Assembly (NCBI GenBank): GCA_951406725.2
Contig: OX597816.1
Location: 125,674,001-125,738,000 of the forward strand
Reading direction: 5' to 3'
DNA length: 64,000 nucleotides
Source: Octopus vulgaris
Taxonomy: Eukaryota
In this document: positions 1 through 13,461 of the stretch, one piece after another
How positions within the stretch are numbered: position 1 is the stretch's first letter
Layout: each line of letters starts with the position of its first letter
Position numbers and translations under genes: made by a program
Notes under the pieces: model-generated
The model's input: only the letters and a program-made list of their open reading frames with translations
What the model was told of the DNA's origin: nothing
The model's database searches: none

Positions 1-56
1 ACACAACACACAGCCCGGTCCGGGAATCGAACTAACAACCTCACGATCGTAAGCTC
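1..56 (-). mobile_element. Partial tRNA-derived SINE head, cut by the window edge
   Basis: gggaatcgaactaacaacctcacgatcgtaag resembles the reverse-complemented B-box heads of the SINEs at 48480-48545 and 51480-51552. Confidence 0.6.
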
Positions 57-60
57 TTAG

Positions 61-1000
61 CTTAGTAATTCTCTTTCCGTTATGTCTTATTCCTACAGCA
101 ATTATGTTTTGCTTATGATTTTTTTCTTTTTTTTTTGGCTCTTTCTACCTTTGATTTCATTAAAGATTAAGAAACCTTTTACGTTATTTTCTGTTCTTCT
201 GTATCGCCTCTAGATTATTACCTTAACCAGAGTTTCTATCTTTACAGTTTTATTATCTTAAATGTTTTCCTATATGATGTATTCATATTCTCGTTTGAAT
301 TGATCTGATTCAACTTTGAGGAGTCAGTAATCTTAACATATTATATGTTACGATTTTTGATGATTTTTTTTTTTGTTTTAATTGTTTTCCATGCTACATG
401 TCTATCTTCGTGGTTCACATTCTTAATGTTTCTAACTTTAATGTTTTTTCCTTGCGTTGTTTGTATTTTATAAGTGTTTATATTTTTGTTATGTTTTCAT
501 ACTTTTAAATGCTCTATTTCTATTTCTGAATGAGAGTTAATTATGAGAATACATATTTAATTAGCTAGTCGTTGGGAATCTTAAGTTAGTTTTGGATCTG
601 GAATATTTCGTATCCATATATCATTTGTGTATACCATATTGGGCTCTTAGTGGAGTAAGCTGCCACTATAAAATATGCTAGGAAGCATAGAAAGGTATTT
701 TTCCTGTGTTCATGTAAACATATAGACTCTTATTTGCGATAAGTTATAACCTATTCTTATTTATCAATATAGAAACCGTTTCTACGGTTATTGGCTTTGT
801 TTCTGGCGGTGCAGTATTTTGCACGCTCCATTTCTGTACTTTATATTTATTCATCCAAATTATTCATTCTCGTTTAACTTTGGGTCAATCGATATAGTTT
901 CGCTCGTATCCGTTGATTTTTTTCGAGTAGAAGTGTAAATAAATTGAACAGGTAGTAATTAAACTTATTCTTCAATAGGACAAAAACTTTCATAACAATA
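61..1000 (-). mobile_element. Very degenerate N-terminal region of an R4/Dong-like LINE
   Basis: The minus strand near 560-680 reads ...IWIRNIPDPKLT*DSQRLAN, resembling the QRLANQ motif upstream of the RT in R4/Dong ORFs. Many stops. Confidence 0.35.
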
Positions 1001-1186
1001 CTTATAGAACAAAAAGCAATTCCATTATATTAATGACATAATTTCTTTCTTAAAAGATATCTTCAACGTTTTCCATTTTTTATTGTTATTTTTATTTTTC
1101 CTTTTTTCTTATTTTATCGTTAATAATGAATATTTATTTAATAATGAATATTACTTTGATCATTTGTTTTTGCTGACAATCCATCC

Positions 1187-1246
<60 letters not shown>

Positions 1247-3373
1247 CATTATTATTTTCTTTTTATCAAAGGTTTTATTGGAGCTACTGGAGTCTTGCAT
1301 GCGTAGCGAATACTTTCCTGGTTATTGTGGCCGTACCGAGGAGGCAAACCTTTGGTAACAGTACTACTTGGCACTCTACTCCAATTTCCTTTATATTACC
1401 CCTAACGCCTTCTGATACTGTTCCCAAGGACTCAACAATAACTGGCACTATCTTCTCCTTCATCATTTTCCATAGCCGGGTTATTTCGTACTTAAGAGGG
1501 TTGTATCTATCTATCCTATCGCCTTCCCTCTTGACTATTCGTGGGCAAATGGACATGCAACGTTAACTACATGGCATATGTGGTGCTCCTTCTCCAACAC
1601 CACTAGGTCCGGTCTGTTATGCTCTAGCACTTGATCTGTTTGGATTGGGAAATCCTAGAGGATTTTGCTAGTCTCCCACTCTGCCACTCTCTGCGGTTTG
1701 TACTCATACCACGTCTTGCCTCTCTCTAGCCCTCACTTTTCGCATAGTTGCCAGTGTAGCACTTTCGATACCTGGTCGTGTCGGCACAATTTGTAGTGGC
1801 TTGGGGCAATTCTGGGACATTCGTTTGTGATATGGGCAATGGTTTCATCTACTCTATTGTAGATGTGGCCCAGCGGAGACACCCGCTCATTCCTCAGGTT
1901 GACTTTCCGGTTCGTGGCCAGTGCTTGGTCCAGCGCAACCAGTAGAGTGCTTTTAGGGCTCCTTTCATCAGCCAATCCCACCTATTTTTTCCAACAACTT
2001 CAGTGGTAGCTACACGGAATTGATTGTGTAGTCCTTTCTTGCGTGATTCTCCTTCATATCCTTTTTGTACTTTATCTTTTGCTTTCCCTTTTTCTCTGCT
2101 CTCAATACACCCTCATTCCTAACTGTCACTGGCAAGGTTTCCTTACTTTGGGCTAAGTACCTCATTAAGCTTTCGAGTTCGATACGCACGCAGTCTTCCA
2201 CACTTATCAATCTCCTTCCTCCATTTTCTCTCTTCATGTTTAGGCGATCAGTGTCTGCATGTAGATGATGGGCTCCATGCATCGCTAGGAACTTTCTTGA
2301 CTTCTTGTCCATCTCCTTTAGCTCCTCCTCTGTCCACTTCAGAATTCCAGCACCTTACCGAACTACTGTGACTGCGTGCGAGTTTATTGTCGAAATTATG
2401 TTTCTGACATTCAGCTTTGAAATCAATGTTTTTCTCACTCCCCGGGGATAATCTCTTTATACTTCTTTTCCTTCATAATTCCATCTGCCTCACGTCTTCC
2501 CATGTATTTATAGCTAAAATGAGGTTGAATTGCTTTCATCATTTCACCACTTGGCAACCATAGTCCTTCTATCTTGGCAAGCTTTCCTCGTCTCATCACC
2601 ATCGTAGCACATTTTGAGAGCCCAACCTCCATCTTAATATCGGTGGAGAAAATCTTCACAGACTGGACTAGGCTGTCCAGTTCTGCCTTACTTTTTGTGA
2701 ATAACTTCAAGTCGACCGTGAGGAGCAAGTGGTTCAGTTTTCCCTTACCTCTTCCCAGATCGTACCCCAACTTTCTTTTCTGTAGTATTTTGCTCAAGGG
2801 GATTATTCCCAGCACAAAGATCAGTGGGGACACAATGTCATCCAGGAAGATTCCTCTCTTGATATTCACTCCTCCTAATACTTGATTGCCTTCTGTCAAT
2901 TCAGTTCTTCAACATTTTATATTGTTCTATATCAGGTTTCTCATCTCTTCTGCTACTCCATACATTTCCATTGTTCTTATTATCCAGGAGTGTGGTATCA
3001 TCGTATGCTTTACGATAGTCGACCCATGCCATGCTCAGATTTTTGTGTCTTCTCTTGCAGTTTCTGATAATTAGATTATCCATTAAGAGCTGATCCTTTG
3101 TTCCCCAGGACTACTTTCGGCACCCTTTCTGTTCAATAGGTAGCAGCCCACTTTTTCTAAGTATCTATACAGTTCGTCGGCCAAAGCATCTAACATTAGT
3201 TTCCACATTAGCAGAATACACGTTATTGGTTGAAAGTTGGATGCTACATTTCCCTTTGCGGGATCTTAGGCACATTACAATGTCTATCCCTTTGTCATCC
3301 AGCTGGGTGCCGCGCCTTCCTGCAAGCACTCATCTAGCTGTTGCGCTATCCTTTCATGGAATGTTAATGGGAA
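1187..3373 (-). mobile_element. R4/Dong-clade non-LTR retrotransposon (RT, zinc knuckle, REL endonuclease), 5'-truncated and frameshifted, with (TAA)n tail
   Basis: Motifs in order: NFQPITC; [14 protein letters not shown]; IKRGIFLDDIVSPLIF; LNHLLLTVDLKLF; ETIAHITNECP..RHDQVSKVLHWQLC; RPDLVV; KYEITRLWKM..IVPVIVESLG. These are followed by AATAAA and a (TAA)n tail at 1187-1256. Confidence 0.9.
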
Positions 3374-4389
3374 TCAGTCAGGTTTCACAAAATACTGCTG
3401 TTTCTTTCTTGTGTCTGTGGGATGGTCGGGCACCTGACAGATATTATTCGGAATCAAACTGGCAGACAAAACAACATCATACCAGCCAGGACGGTCTAGC
3501 GTGAAGAATACACTGATTGTAGATCCATGTAATGTCCTATTGCCTCCTTTGCACGTAAAGCTTGGACTAATGAAACAGTTTATAAAGTCACTAGGGAAGA
3601 TAAATGCCAGTGGGGTTGAGTATATTGTAGAAAAGTTCCCCAAAATCACACAGGCGAGGTTGAAAGAGGGTATCTTTGTTGGACCCCAAATTAGAGAAGT
3701 ATTCAAAGATGTCAACTTCAAGACAACACTGGATGAGCTGGAACTACCAGCCTGGAATGCTTTCAATCGAATCTGTGAGAATTTTGTGGGCAACAAGAAG
3801 GCAATGGACTACAAGAATGGCATTAAGAATCTTCTGAAATGTTACACAGCAATGGGTTGTCGCATGTCACTGAATGTTCACTTCTTACAATCCCATCTGG
3901 ATTTCTTCGCAGATAACCTTGGAGCAGTCTGATGAACATGTTGAAAGATTTCACCAGGATATTAGTGCTATGGAGAAATGGTTCCAAGGCTTCTGGAATG
4001 ACGGTATGCTAGCTAACAGCTGCTGGATCAACTGTGATCAACCAGATCAAGAACACCGCAGGAAATCTAAATCACAATGTTTCTAAATCTGTTGCTCTAA
4101 CTTTGTCTGTTTTGTTTGTCCTATTTTTTGTGTATTCAGTCTTTGTAGAATGATAGTGATGATTTTTAATTCAATAAGCTCATTTACTTTCTAAAAATAA
4201 TACGTCCCCATTTATTACGTTAATTATTTCATGTATACAAATGTGTAAATTTTTGCATGTATCTACTGAAAAACTGATACGTGCTGCATACAAATGGAGT
4301 GGAATTTTAAAATCAGCATAAAAAATTAGTCTAAAAAAGTTGCTTTGCATTCATAATGACTATATTACATTTAATTTTTTTGACCAGTG
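3374..4389 (+). mobile_element. Chapaev3-type (CMC superfamily) DNA transposon, 3' half of a decayed transposase with its right terminus
   Basis: Motifs: SGFTKYCC..LCLWDGR; LLPPLHVKLGLMKQFIKSL; LKEGIFVGPQIRE; GCRMSLNVHFLQSHLDFF..NLGAV/SDEHVERFHQDIS. The element ends ttttttgaccagtg followed by TTA, matching CAC..GTG termini and a TWA target. Family name is from recalled motifs. Confidence 0.75.
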
Positions 4390-4452
4390 TTACTGTTGCT
4401 ATTGTTGTCCTTGTTGCTGTTGTTGCCTTTGTTGCTGCTGTTGTTAAGGATA

Positions 4453-5048
4453 AAGCAGTGAACTGGCAGAATCGTAAGCACGCGGGAGAAAATGCTTAGC
4501 AGCATTTCGTCCGTTTTCATGCTCAGAGTTCAAATTTCGTGGAGGGCGTCTGTACATTTCATACTTACAGGATCTAAAAAATAAGTACAATTTGCGTACT
4601 GGGTCAATGAAATACGTACCAATCGATATAACCAACTATCCCCCTCACCGCAAAATTCAGCTCTTCTTCCTAAAGTAGAATGATAGTCTGTCTACGTTCT
4701 GAATTCAAACTCACCCGGATCGACTTCGTCTTTCATTCTTTCGAATTCGATAAAATAAGTACCAGTTAAGCACTGCAGTCGATGAAATCGACTTATCCCC
4801 TCCTCCAAGCTGCAGGCTTTGTGCCAGAGTTTTAAACCATTATTGTGGTTGCTTTTGTTAAGGTGGCGAGCTGGCAGGATCTTCTGCGCGCCGGGCAAAA
4901 TTTCATTTGGCTTTACATTTCGAATTCAAATTCCGCCGGGGTTCACTTTGTCTTTTAACCTTTCGGGGTCGATAAAATAATTACCAGTTGAGCACTGTGG
5001 TAGGTGTATTCTACTAATCCCCTCTCCCGCAATTGCAGGCCTGTGTCT
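4453..5048 (+). mobile_element. Cluster of three copies of tRNA-derived SINE family B
   Basis: Head ggcgagctggcagaa..gagttcaaattcc and central gtcgactt..ttcatcctttcggggtcgataaaataagtacc box recur at ~4453-4680, ~4686-4844 and ~4861-5048. Confidence 0.8.
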
Positions 5049-5597
5049 ATTCAACATTTGGTAGTTTCAGGCAAATTTTTACTGCATCATTTGTTACGCC
5101 TCTGTGTTGCTGTGTGCGGCATTGTGTGTTCTTTTTTGTTGCTGGGGGAGTGCACACTCTTCCCGGTATTGTACTGAGTCAGTTAGTTTCGTTATCGGTT
5201 CTGGTTGCAGTATTTTGTTGTATTAGTATTTGTATTGTGTGTTGTATGTGTAATGTGAGTTGTGTTCTGTTGGGTATACGTCCTGCTGGTGGTTGTTTAT
5301 GTAATTGAATATTCGCGAAATAGAGTGTATCGTGTATTTGTAGGTTGTTTTGTTTGGGTTGTATTACTGAATAGTGCCTTGCGTATGATTATTATAATTT
5401 AATTATTCATTTATTTATTTACTTATTTGCAACAGTTTTATTTTATTGTGTGCCAGGAAATTATTGTTAGATATTTCTTAAACTTTTCTGTTCGCTCGAT
5501 GTAAACTTTAATGATTGCGTTTCAGTTTCGTCCGTTTAATGTTTCTCGTGTAGTGCCATTTTAGAAAATGAGACCCGGTATTAGAGTCTTTTTAATA

Positions 5598-6772
5598 CGA
5601 GGGGAAACAGGAGTTTTGCAATATTATTTTTTTTCACTTAGCTTTACATGCTTTCACTATTATCGCCTTCAAAATATTCTCCATTTGAAGCGTCGCATCG
5701 GTCCGGATGCGTTTTCCGCTGTTCGAAGCATTCCTGAAGCTTTCGTGAAACGATGCGTTTTAACTTCTCCGTCGTTTTTTTTCTTCACCCCTTCCACATC
5801 TGCAAAACATTTTCTGTTAAGGACTTTTTTCATTCGGTGGAACAAAAACAACAGTCACATGGACCAAGATCGGGTAAATAGGGAGAATGGGTAAGCGGGG
5901 TCATGCTATTTTTTATCAAAAACTGTCTCATACTCAAGGCGGTGTGTGCAGGCGCATTGTCGTGATGAAACTACCACCCCCCACTTTTCCACTGATCGGG
6001 GTATTTCGTCCCACTACTTCTCTCAAATGCTAATGAATGTCTGGTTAACAGTTTGACCAGGAGGAACATGTTCTATGCGAACAATTCCTTTTGCATCGAT
6101 GAAACAAACCAGCATAGTCTTGACATTGGTCTTCACTTGACGCGCTGTTTTTGGAGTGAAGTGACATTGAATGTTTTCTTTGACTTGACTAATGCTTCAT
6201 TTCCTGGTCGTAGCCATAATACCAACTTTCGTCACCAGTGATAACCTTCGAAAAACAGTCTGGATCAACTTCCAGCTGTTCTTTCAGTTCAAGACACGCA
6301 TTCAGTCGTGACTGCTTTTGATCTTCCGTGAGCAAGCGATGTACAGATTTTGCTGCATATCTTTTCATTCGCAATTCCTCACTCAAAATTCATTGGCAGG
6401 AGTTCCAGGATTCATCAGTCATATCAACAAGTTCGTCAATTATTCGGTGACGGTTCTCCAAGATCAGTTCACGAATTATTTTTGTGATGTTTTCATGCAT
6501 TCGGATGGTCGACAGTCGCTCTGAACGAGATTGGTCTTAAAAAACAGAATTTCACGAAAGCACTCTGTTCCTTCCTTTCAGCCATAGCAAAAATCGACGA
6601 ATATGGGAGAAGTGCAAAAGAAAGACGCACCAGGTGACAGCACGACTCCAGCAGACGACGCCAGTCGGTAGACTAATGCCTGAGGATCACATCAAGTTGC
6701 TTCTAGAGGCGGAAGCCTGAACTGCAACTGTGACTACAGAGAACGTTTCCGGTTACTTTTGGGTACTCCATG
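5598..6772 (-). mobile_element. Decayed mariner transposon
   Basis: KSVHRLLTEDQKQSR...SKVITGDESWYYGYD and LNRKCFADVEGVKK. TA-flanked ends: TA|cgagggg at left and ttccggttacttttgggtactccatg|TA at right. The left TIR is partly deleted. Confidence 0.85.
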
Positions 6773-7379
6773 TACATCAAGAGATTCTACTCTTTAAAAG
6801 AATAATGGAGGATAACTTTGGAAACATTTGTGAAATTACTTCACATTATGAGAAATATTCATGTTTAATAATAATGTACAAGGTTGAAAATGTTAAGGTT
6901 CGCAAAGCATACTGATGTTTAATAAATTTTATATCGGAACGCTCTAAAGATATTTACAGATAGTAGCATTGGTATTTTCCGGAACGTGCCTTTATTTATC
7001 GTTTCAGCAACCACTCAATGTCTTTGCAAAAATGATAGTTTGTCGATGAAAAATGAGATGAAAGACGCATTCCTTAACTGTAATGATGCTTTTAATTCAA
7101 TCGCTGGGTAAGTGTAATTCTATACATTATCATGTTGCTTCTGCAGAAAATTATAGTTTTTTGCTATTGTTATGTTGGTAATTTATAAGCAATTGTCATT
7201 TTTCTCATGTACAAGGATGTCAGGCTTATTTGATATCTCATTATCTGCGAGAGTTCTAAAGAAAATTCACACTGTAATTTTCCCCGGCAGGTGAAATTTT
7301 CTCTATGTTATGCATATTTATAGGTCCTTCAGTTTTGGGTTTGGTATTTGTCTACATTTATTATTATTCTCGAAGCACC

Positions 7380-10300
7380 TGCTATTATAGTTATTGTTTC
7401 TACTTTCAGACACAACATCCGGTGTTTCTAAATTCTGGTTGGATAATTTCTTCAGTTCTTTTAGCCATACGTTATCATGCGTTGTGACGAATACATAGAT
7501 TAGAATGTCATGGTTTCCCGGTGCTGGTTGAGAACAGTATCTAGTCGATTAATCTTGTTATATTAATCTGTGTATTTTGGGACACGCCAGAGAATGGCCG
7601 CTTTGCAATTCTCGAAGACCTTTACTTGTGTATACTTATACTATTTCTATTATTTTGGTATTGGAAGATGCTGGCATAGCTTCCAATGTATGTAAGTAAT
7701 AAGTCTGTCATACATGTGGATGTAGTCTTTCTTGGTAAGATTGGGCGGTTGGAGATAATGTGTTTGCTTCTTCGCATAGTCTGCGCTCACTTACTGTATT
7801 CCGCTTCATGATATCATTTTGGTGTTCTTAGACAATTGGACTTGATCCGGTGCTGCAGTCAAGAATCTTAGAGTTTCAGCTGTACGTCCGTGCTTTTTAA
7901 ATATTGTTTCGTCTTTAAGGCGGCGAGCTGGAAGAAACGTTAGGACGCCGGGCGAAATGCGTAGCCGTATTTCGTCTGTCGTTACGTTGTGAGTTCAAAT
8001 TCCGCCGAGGCGACTTTGCTTTTATCTTTTCGGGGTCGATAAATTAAGTACCAGCTACGCACTGGGTCGATGTAATCGACTTAATACCTATGCCTGTCCC
8101 CTCTGTGTTTATCCCCGTGTGGGTAATAAAGAAATAAGAAATAGGTATTTCGTCTGCCGCTACGTTCTGAGTTCAAATTCCACCGAGGTCGACTTTGCCT
8201 TTCATCCTTTCGGGGTCGATTAAATAAGTATCAGTTACGCGCTGGGGTCGACGTAATCGACTTAATTCGTTTGTCTGTCTTTGTCTGCCCCTCTTTGTGT
8301 AGCCCCTTGTAGGCAATAAAAAAATAAGAAACGTTAGCACGCTGGGCGAAATGCTTAGTCAAACTCTTTTACTGTTCAAGCAACCTTTGGTATTTTTTCA
8401 TAATGATTATTTGCAATTTAATGAGGATCACTTGTTTGAGGCGTGTTTTGAATTTTGGATGATTCCTTTTATATTTATTATATATGTACTATGTATCTAA
8501 TGTCTTTGGTTGTTTTCTTTTTCATTTCTTTTTTTTTTTTATAAAGGATTTCGTTAATAATAAGAATTTTTTTCTCATATTTTCTATTTTTCCTGAATGT
8601 TTGCCCTCCAGTTATTATTATTATCACGAGTCTATCAGTTTCTGCACATCTCAGACAGGGTCGCAATTTTTTTTACAGTATATTCAGAACTTTTCTTGCC
8701 ATTGCTTTAACATGGCATTCACTAACCACATATTCAATCTGGTTTTTGGCTCATTACAATATATGTTATTCTTTCTGGGTTTTGTGTTGTTTTTTTTTTG
8801 TGTGTGTTTTCTCTATCAACTGTCTGTTATTTCACCATGTATCTCTATTTGTTGGCTTCCTTAGAAATAGAAAACACAAATTTTGTTCTGATCATACTTT
8901 AAAGCTATGTGTATTAATCGTTCATTACATTTTTGCTAAATATTTTGCAGTCCTATAGTAAATATTGTATAATAGTTTTCTTGTTGCATAAGGCCGCTGC
9001 CACCCTGTATTAATGGTAAATACCTATGTCAGATTTTGGATAGAGCGTTTTAAATACAGTAATTCTTTTTCTTCTGCTTTTTTATGTCTAGTCTGGTTTG
9101 TTAATTTCTGATGCCTATTACATTATTTTCTGCTTTAACTTTGTTCTAAGTATTAAATCTAATGCGCCTACAATATTCTTTCCTAATTTTTTCTTTCGGA
9201 TGTGTGTAGATGTGCGTTGTACACTGTCTAGTTCATTGATTCCTAAGTATGCGTAAGCCTGTATTTGTTCTAATTCTCTTATCACTTTCTTTAGCTAATA
9301 TATTAGCGTTCTTAATTCATTTTCCTCTCTTCAGTTTTGGATGTGTAAGGAATAGCATATGTGTGTGTGTGTGTGTTTATGTGTCTGTGTGCGCGCGCTT
9401 TGCTTGTGTATGATGGCGCGCCTGTGTATGTGTGTGTGTGTTCATTTAGCATTTAGCTCTAATTTAATTATTAATCTAATGCGTCTGTATTATTACTTTA
9501 CAACATTTTCTTTTACATTGAGTGTGCTATATACTGTAGTGTACATTTATTCCTGAGTATTTGTAAATCTATGTTTGGCCTAATTCTTTTATCTTTGATT
9601 CTTTATTCAACACGACATTAGTAATCTTAGTCAATGTCTCCTCTGCAACGTTGCTTGGTATTTTTTAAACTCAATAGCATATCAGTTCTTTGAATAGATT
9701 CTCGTGCTGTCTGTAGCAGAGTTTCAAGTTTTCATCTACATCGTCCACATAAAAGTATAGTAAATACGAGTCCATTATGGTATAATATGCTGGTTAAAGG
9801 TTACAGCACCAGGCATAAATTCAGCGCAAGGAGAAATACCTCCCAAATATCTTTCTAATAGAAATAAAGTTAGTTTTTTTAAATTCTTTCCTTTGTTTAT
9901 ATTTACAGCATTATTTACAATTACTGATGACAGTTTAATATTATTCCTATTACTGCTGCTGCCTTACGCGTGGCAAATAAGTCTCGGTTCCATGTCTAGG
10001 TCACACTAATAAAAATGACTTTGGTAGTCAACTTATGCTATTAAAATGTTTTTCAACAACAATTTCGAATTTATATTTATAGACCAGTCATTTGATCATG
10101 TTTTCAGAAAAATATGATTTTGTTTACCAATTAATAATCTACCTACTGCGACATTATTATAATAAAGGATTTGAAGCTGCATGCTGGCAGGTTAAGGGTC
10201 TGTAAAGTTTAGGTTTTCTGTTTCTTAATCCTAGGTATTAGAGTACTTTGTCTTGCGTGACTCAATCATTTGGTGTTTCAGTATTTTATTCATTGCTGCT

Positions 10301-10740
10301 GCTTCTATTTATACCTGCTCGTTAAATACTTCAACCACAAGTTTGAGATTTTATCAGTTCCTCGTATCTTTCATTTGTTTAATATTTTTCCTTTTTTTGT
10401 AGCATATGGCTTTTTGCTTGAGTAGATATGACATCCTACTATGTTCAACTGTTTGTTATTTTGTATTTTTGTTTGATGCTGCAGAACTGATAATTATTTT
10501 ATTTTTATCTAGTTACTTCATAAAATTGTTTTGGTCTTTAAAATAATTAGTTTTAGCCTTTAAAACTATTTGTTTTGATCTTGTAAAACTATTTGACCGA
10601 CGTGTCCTTCAGTCGTCTATATCTGAAGTCTTTCGGTTTTTGTTTAGAGAAAAAAATTCATGTATTTTTATGTCATCTGTTATATTTGTTGTGCTTGTTT
10701 ATTTTAGAACCTCAATAACTCGCTTTTGTACTTCCTAATA
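7380..10740 (-). mobile_element. Old fragmented R4/Dong-like LINE interrupted by SINEs and microsatellites
   Basis: Minus-strand remnants YAYLGINE (~9240-9260), LLYVDD..LKL (~9720-9755) and a degraded knuckle/RHD region (~7460-7550). Boundaries approximate. Confidence 0.5.
7919..8358 (+). mobile_element. Tandem SINE family B array (one full unit, one 5'-truncated unit, one partial unit)
   Basis: Units ~7919-8143, ~8144-8328 and ~8329-8358. The first two share gtatttcgtctg..acgtt..gagttcaaattcc..ggggtcgat; the third repeats the head segment aaacgttag..gggcgaaatgc. Confidence 0.85.
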
Positions 10741-10836
10741 ATTGAAAAATTACGAAGAATTAATTGATGCTGTTGTTTTATTGTTGCTGCTACAGTTGTA
10801 TAATCCGTTTTTTGTGGTAGCTGTTGTAGTTGCTGT

Positions 10837-10957
<121 letters not shown>

Positions 10958-11149
10958 GATGTTCATTATGCTGCTGCTGCTGCTTATGATGTTGCTGTTT
11001 TTATCGTTTTTTGTTGTCGAATTACCTGGTTCGGTTGTTTCATTAAGCTACTGTGGCTTCTGTGAGACTCTGGACTGCCATATGCTCATGCTGATATGAC
11101 TGCCTGTTACATCAGCCCCCTCTAACTTTGTCTACATTCCTATTACCTG

Positions 11150-12370
11150 CCATTTCTTCAAATCTCACTTTGTTCTTCGAAAAGTATAAAAGCTATATGT
11201 TTTGTCCGAGTATGTGCTAGCTTCTTCTTGCAAATCTGTGTTTGTCTAAACATTGTTTTGAGTAGAACACTTCACCGTGGGTTCGTTTGAAACTCCTATT
11301 TGTAAATCCTACATTTAGTTAATTCTGCTATTTTCCCTTTACACTACTGTTAGCTTTGTCGCTGTAATTTTTTTCTAGTGGCTATGGTGAGGTGCTGGAA
11401 GCAGTGAGGTGAGGGTCTCTCGATTCCATTTTTTTATCCTAATAAGCTCTCAGGCAGTCAGTTTTCCTGTTTGGTTAGCATTTGGGCTTCCTGCTCTTAA
11501 AAATCCCCTACATTTGTTCTCAGTTCTTAAAGAACAACCACTTAGTAATGTACCAATGTCTTCAGGAAACTTCAAGGAGGTTTCCGCCCAATTTCGTTGT
11601 GATATTGACTTAAGTTCTACGACAATGCTTCTTGTGTTTTTTCTTTTTCATTTCCATTGCTCAGGATTTGATCTTTCAAGAGTAATATTGGTCAGTATTC
11701 TTTTGCAACGCACCGTTTAATTGCGAATATATCACACCACGAATACATATGGGGTGAAAATTGTGGTGAAGAATCTTCCTAGCTTATTTTTACTGACAAA
11801 TTACTACGATGGTTCCTTGGTCTCCTATTCTACATAGATAAGTTTTTATAACTTTCGGAAATTTTTCAGTTTGCGATAGCGAGAAATATTCCAGAGTCTT
11901 AGTTTTTCGATGTATACATTTATATGAGACCGTTCTTTGGATGGTGTCGTTACTCACAACACTATAATAACTTGTGGCATAAAATATGTAAACATGGATT
12001 TTGTGGATTTTTGTGTGCACTATTTTTGCTAGTCTTGTACTTGTGTTTGTAAAAGAAAAAGAATTCTTCATCAGAATGTTATTGTTAAAGTTGTTATGGA
12101 TTTTGTTAATTTGTTGTTGATGCTGTTGTTTCTCATATTGTCGCTTCCTCAGAGTTCTCAGCTTGTGGTTATGGTCCCTATAATTCTGCCATTACATTTA
12201 ATAAAAATAGAGATCATGAAAATTCTATTATACTTAAGGGAGATGACATCGAGAGTTGAGGCGGATAGTTCTGTTATTATAACTCACCTTTTTAAAACAG
12301 TACGGTTAGAAAACACGAAGCTGTCAATGACTTGCTTGGTCTGTTAATAAACGAGATAGGAGATCCGACT
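11150..12370 (-). mobile_element. Degenerate Penelope-like element (RT and GIY-YIG remnants)
   Basis: Minus-strand STLDVISL (~12240-12260; cf. PLE vslDVxSLYT), YKCIHRKTKTLEYF (cf. VYRKPTxTxxYL) and VGFTNRSFKR (~11285-11312). Confidence 0.45.
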
Positions 12371-12993
12371 CACGTCTTCAAATCAAAAGAGGCCCTTTTT
12401 TTTATTTTTTCAAAAATATGAAACACAGTATTTTTACAATTAGCATATAAGCCCGTATCATGTCCAACAATAAAAAAATTTGTGTAATCACTTCGTTGTC
12501 AGATGGTTGCCTCCGGAAAACAATATTATCGATTTCAGCAAAATATAACAAAGTTAAAAAAAAAACCTCGCTAGTAAAGAACTGATGTGGATTGCCTGTG
12601 TGATATCATTTTTTTATTATTTTATTACCATGTAATATAATGTGCTTGCCTCAGATTTAAAATTCAAACCAACGTTATAATTCCAGCTTGAAAGCTGAAG
12701 TATTTGGTAAAGCAACTTTTGGCTGCCTGAATTATTAGTATTCATCAATATTTACCAAAGTGAATCAGTTAACAACATCGAAGTGAAATCAACCACCTGT
12801 GGCTTCTCACCAGCATTTATATCTGAATTTCAGAAAGCTTTAATGGGACTCAAGGAACGATTGGCTTAAAACTGGCTTAGCAAAATTCGATAAACATTCC
12901 AAATTCACGATACACAGATATCTCCAACTACTGATACTGTTGTTATTCCTGCCACTACTAATAGTACTGCTGCTGCTGCTGGTTGTGGTGAGA

Positions 12994-13045
12994 GTGGTGG
13001 TGGTGTGGGTGGTGGTGGTGGTGGTGGTGGTGGTGGTGGGTGATG

Positions 13046-13076
<31 letters not shown>

Positions 13077-13077
13077 C

Positions 13078-13116
<39 letters not shown>
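12994..13116. repeat. Compound (GGT)n(GAT)n microsatellite
   Basis: Seen directly; explains the poly-S/H/D/V ORFs. Confidence 0.97.
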
Positions 13117-13440
13117 AACAAAGGGCAATGAACACATGGGCTGTTTCCTTAATGCGATATGGCGCAGGTGTTGTTAGGTGGACAAAGAACGAGCTTGCGG
13201 AAATGGACAGGAAAACCAGAGAAGTGATGACAGTTAACAAGGAACTACATCCCAGAAGCGATACTGACAGGCTGTATATGCCTAAGAACAGGTGAAAAGG
13301 AAACCTCATAAGATGCGAAATCTGTATTGTCAACGAGAACAGTCTGGGATGGTACATCAAGCAACAGAGTGAATCCTTGCTTGCCGTCGTTAGAATTAAC
13401 AATACCAAACCTACCGAAAGTGCAATGCGCAATGATGAAA
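13117..13440 (+). mobile_element. R4/Dong LINE internal fragment
   Basis: AMNTWAVSLMRYGAGVVRWTKNELAEMDRKTREVMTVNKELHPRSDTDRLYMP is homologous to the 2010-2400 region of the first Dong copy (MDKKSRK..HADTDRLNM). Confidence 0.85.
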
Positions 13441-13461
13441 AATGAATAATTTATTGTAAGA

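Noticed and set aside
3929-3950. CTGATGA..GAAA hammerhead-like string
   Set aside because: It is the coding sequence of the transposase SDEHVER motif, and no stem I or stem III can form.
7919-8358. CRISPR-like or satellite array
   Set aside because: Units are ~190-220-bp SINE copies with no unique spacers, and there are no cas genes.
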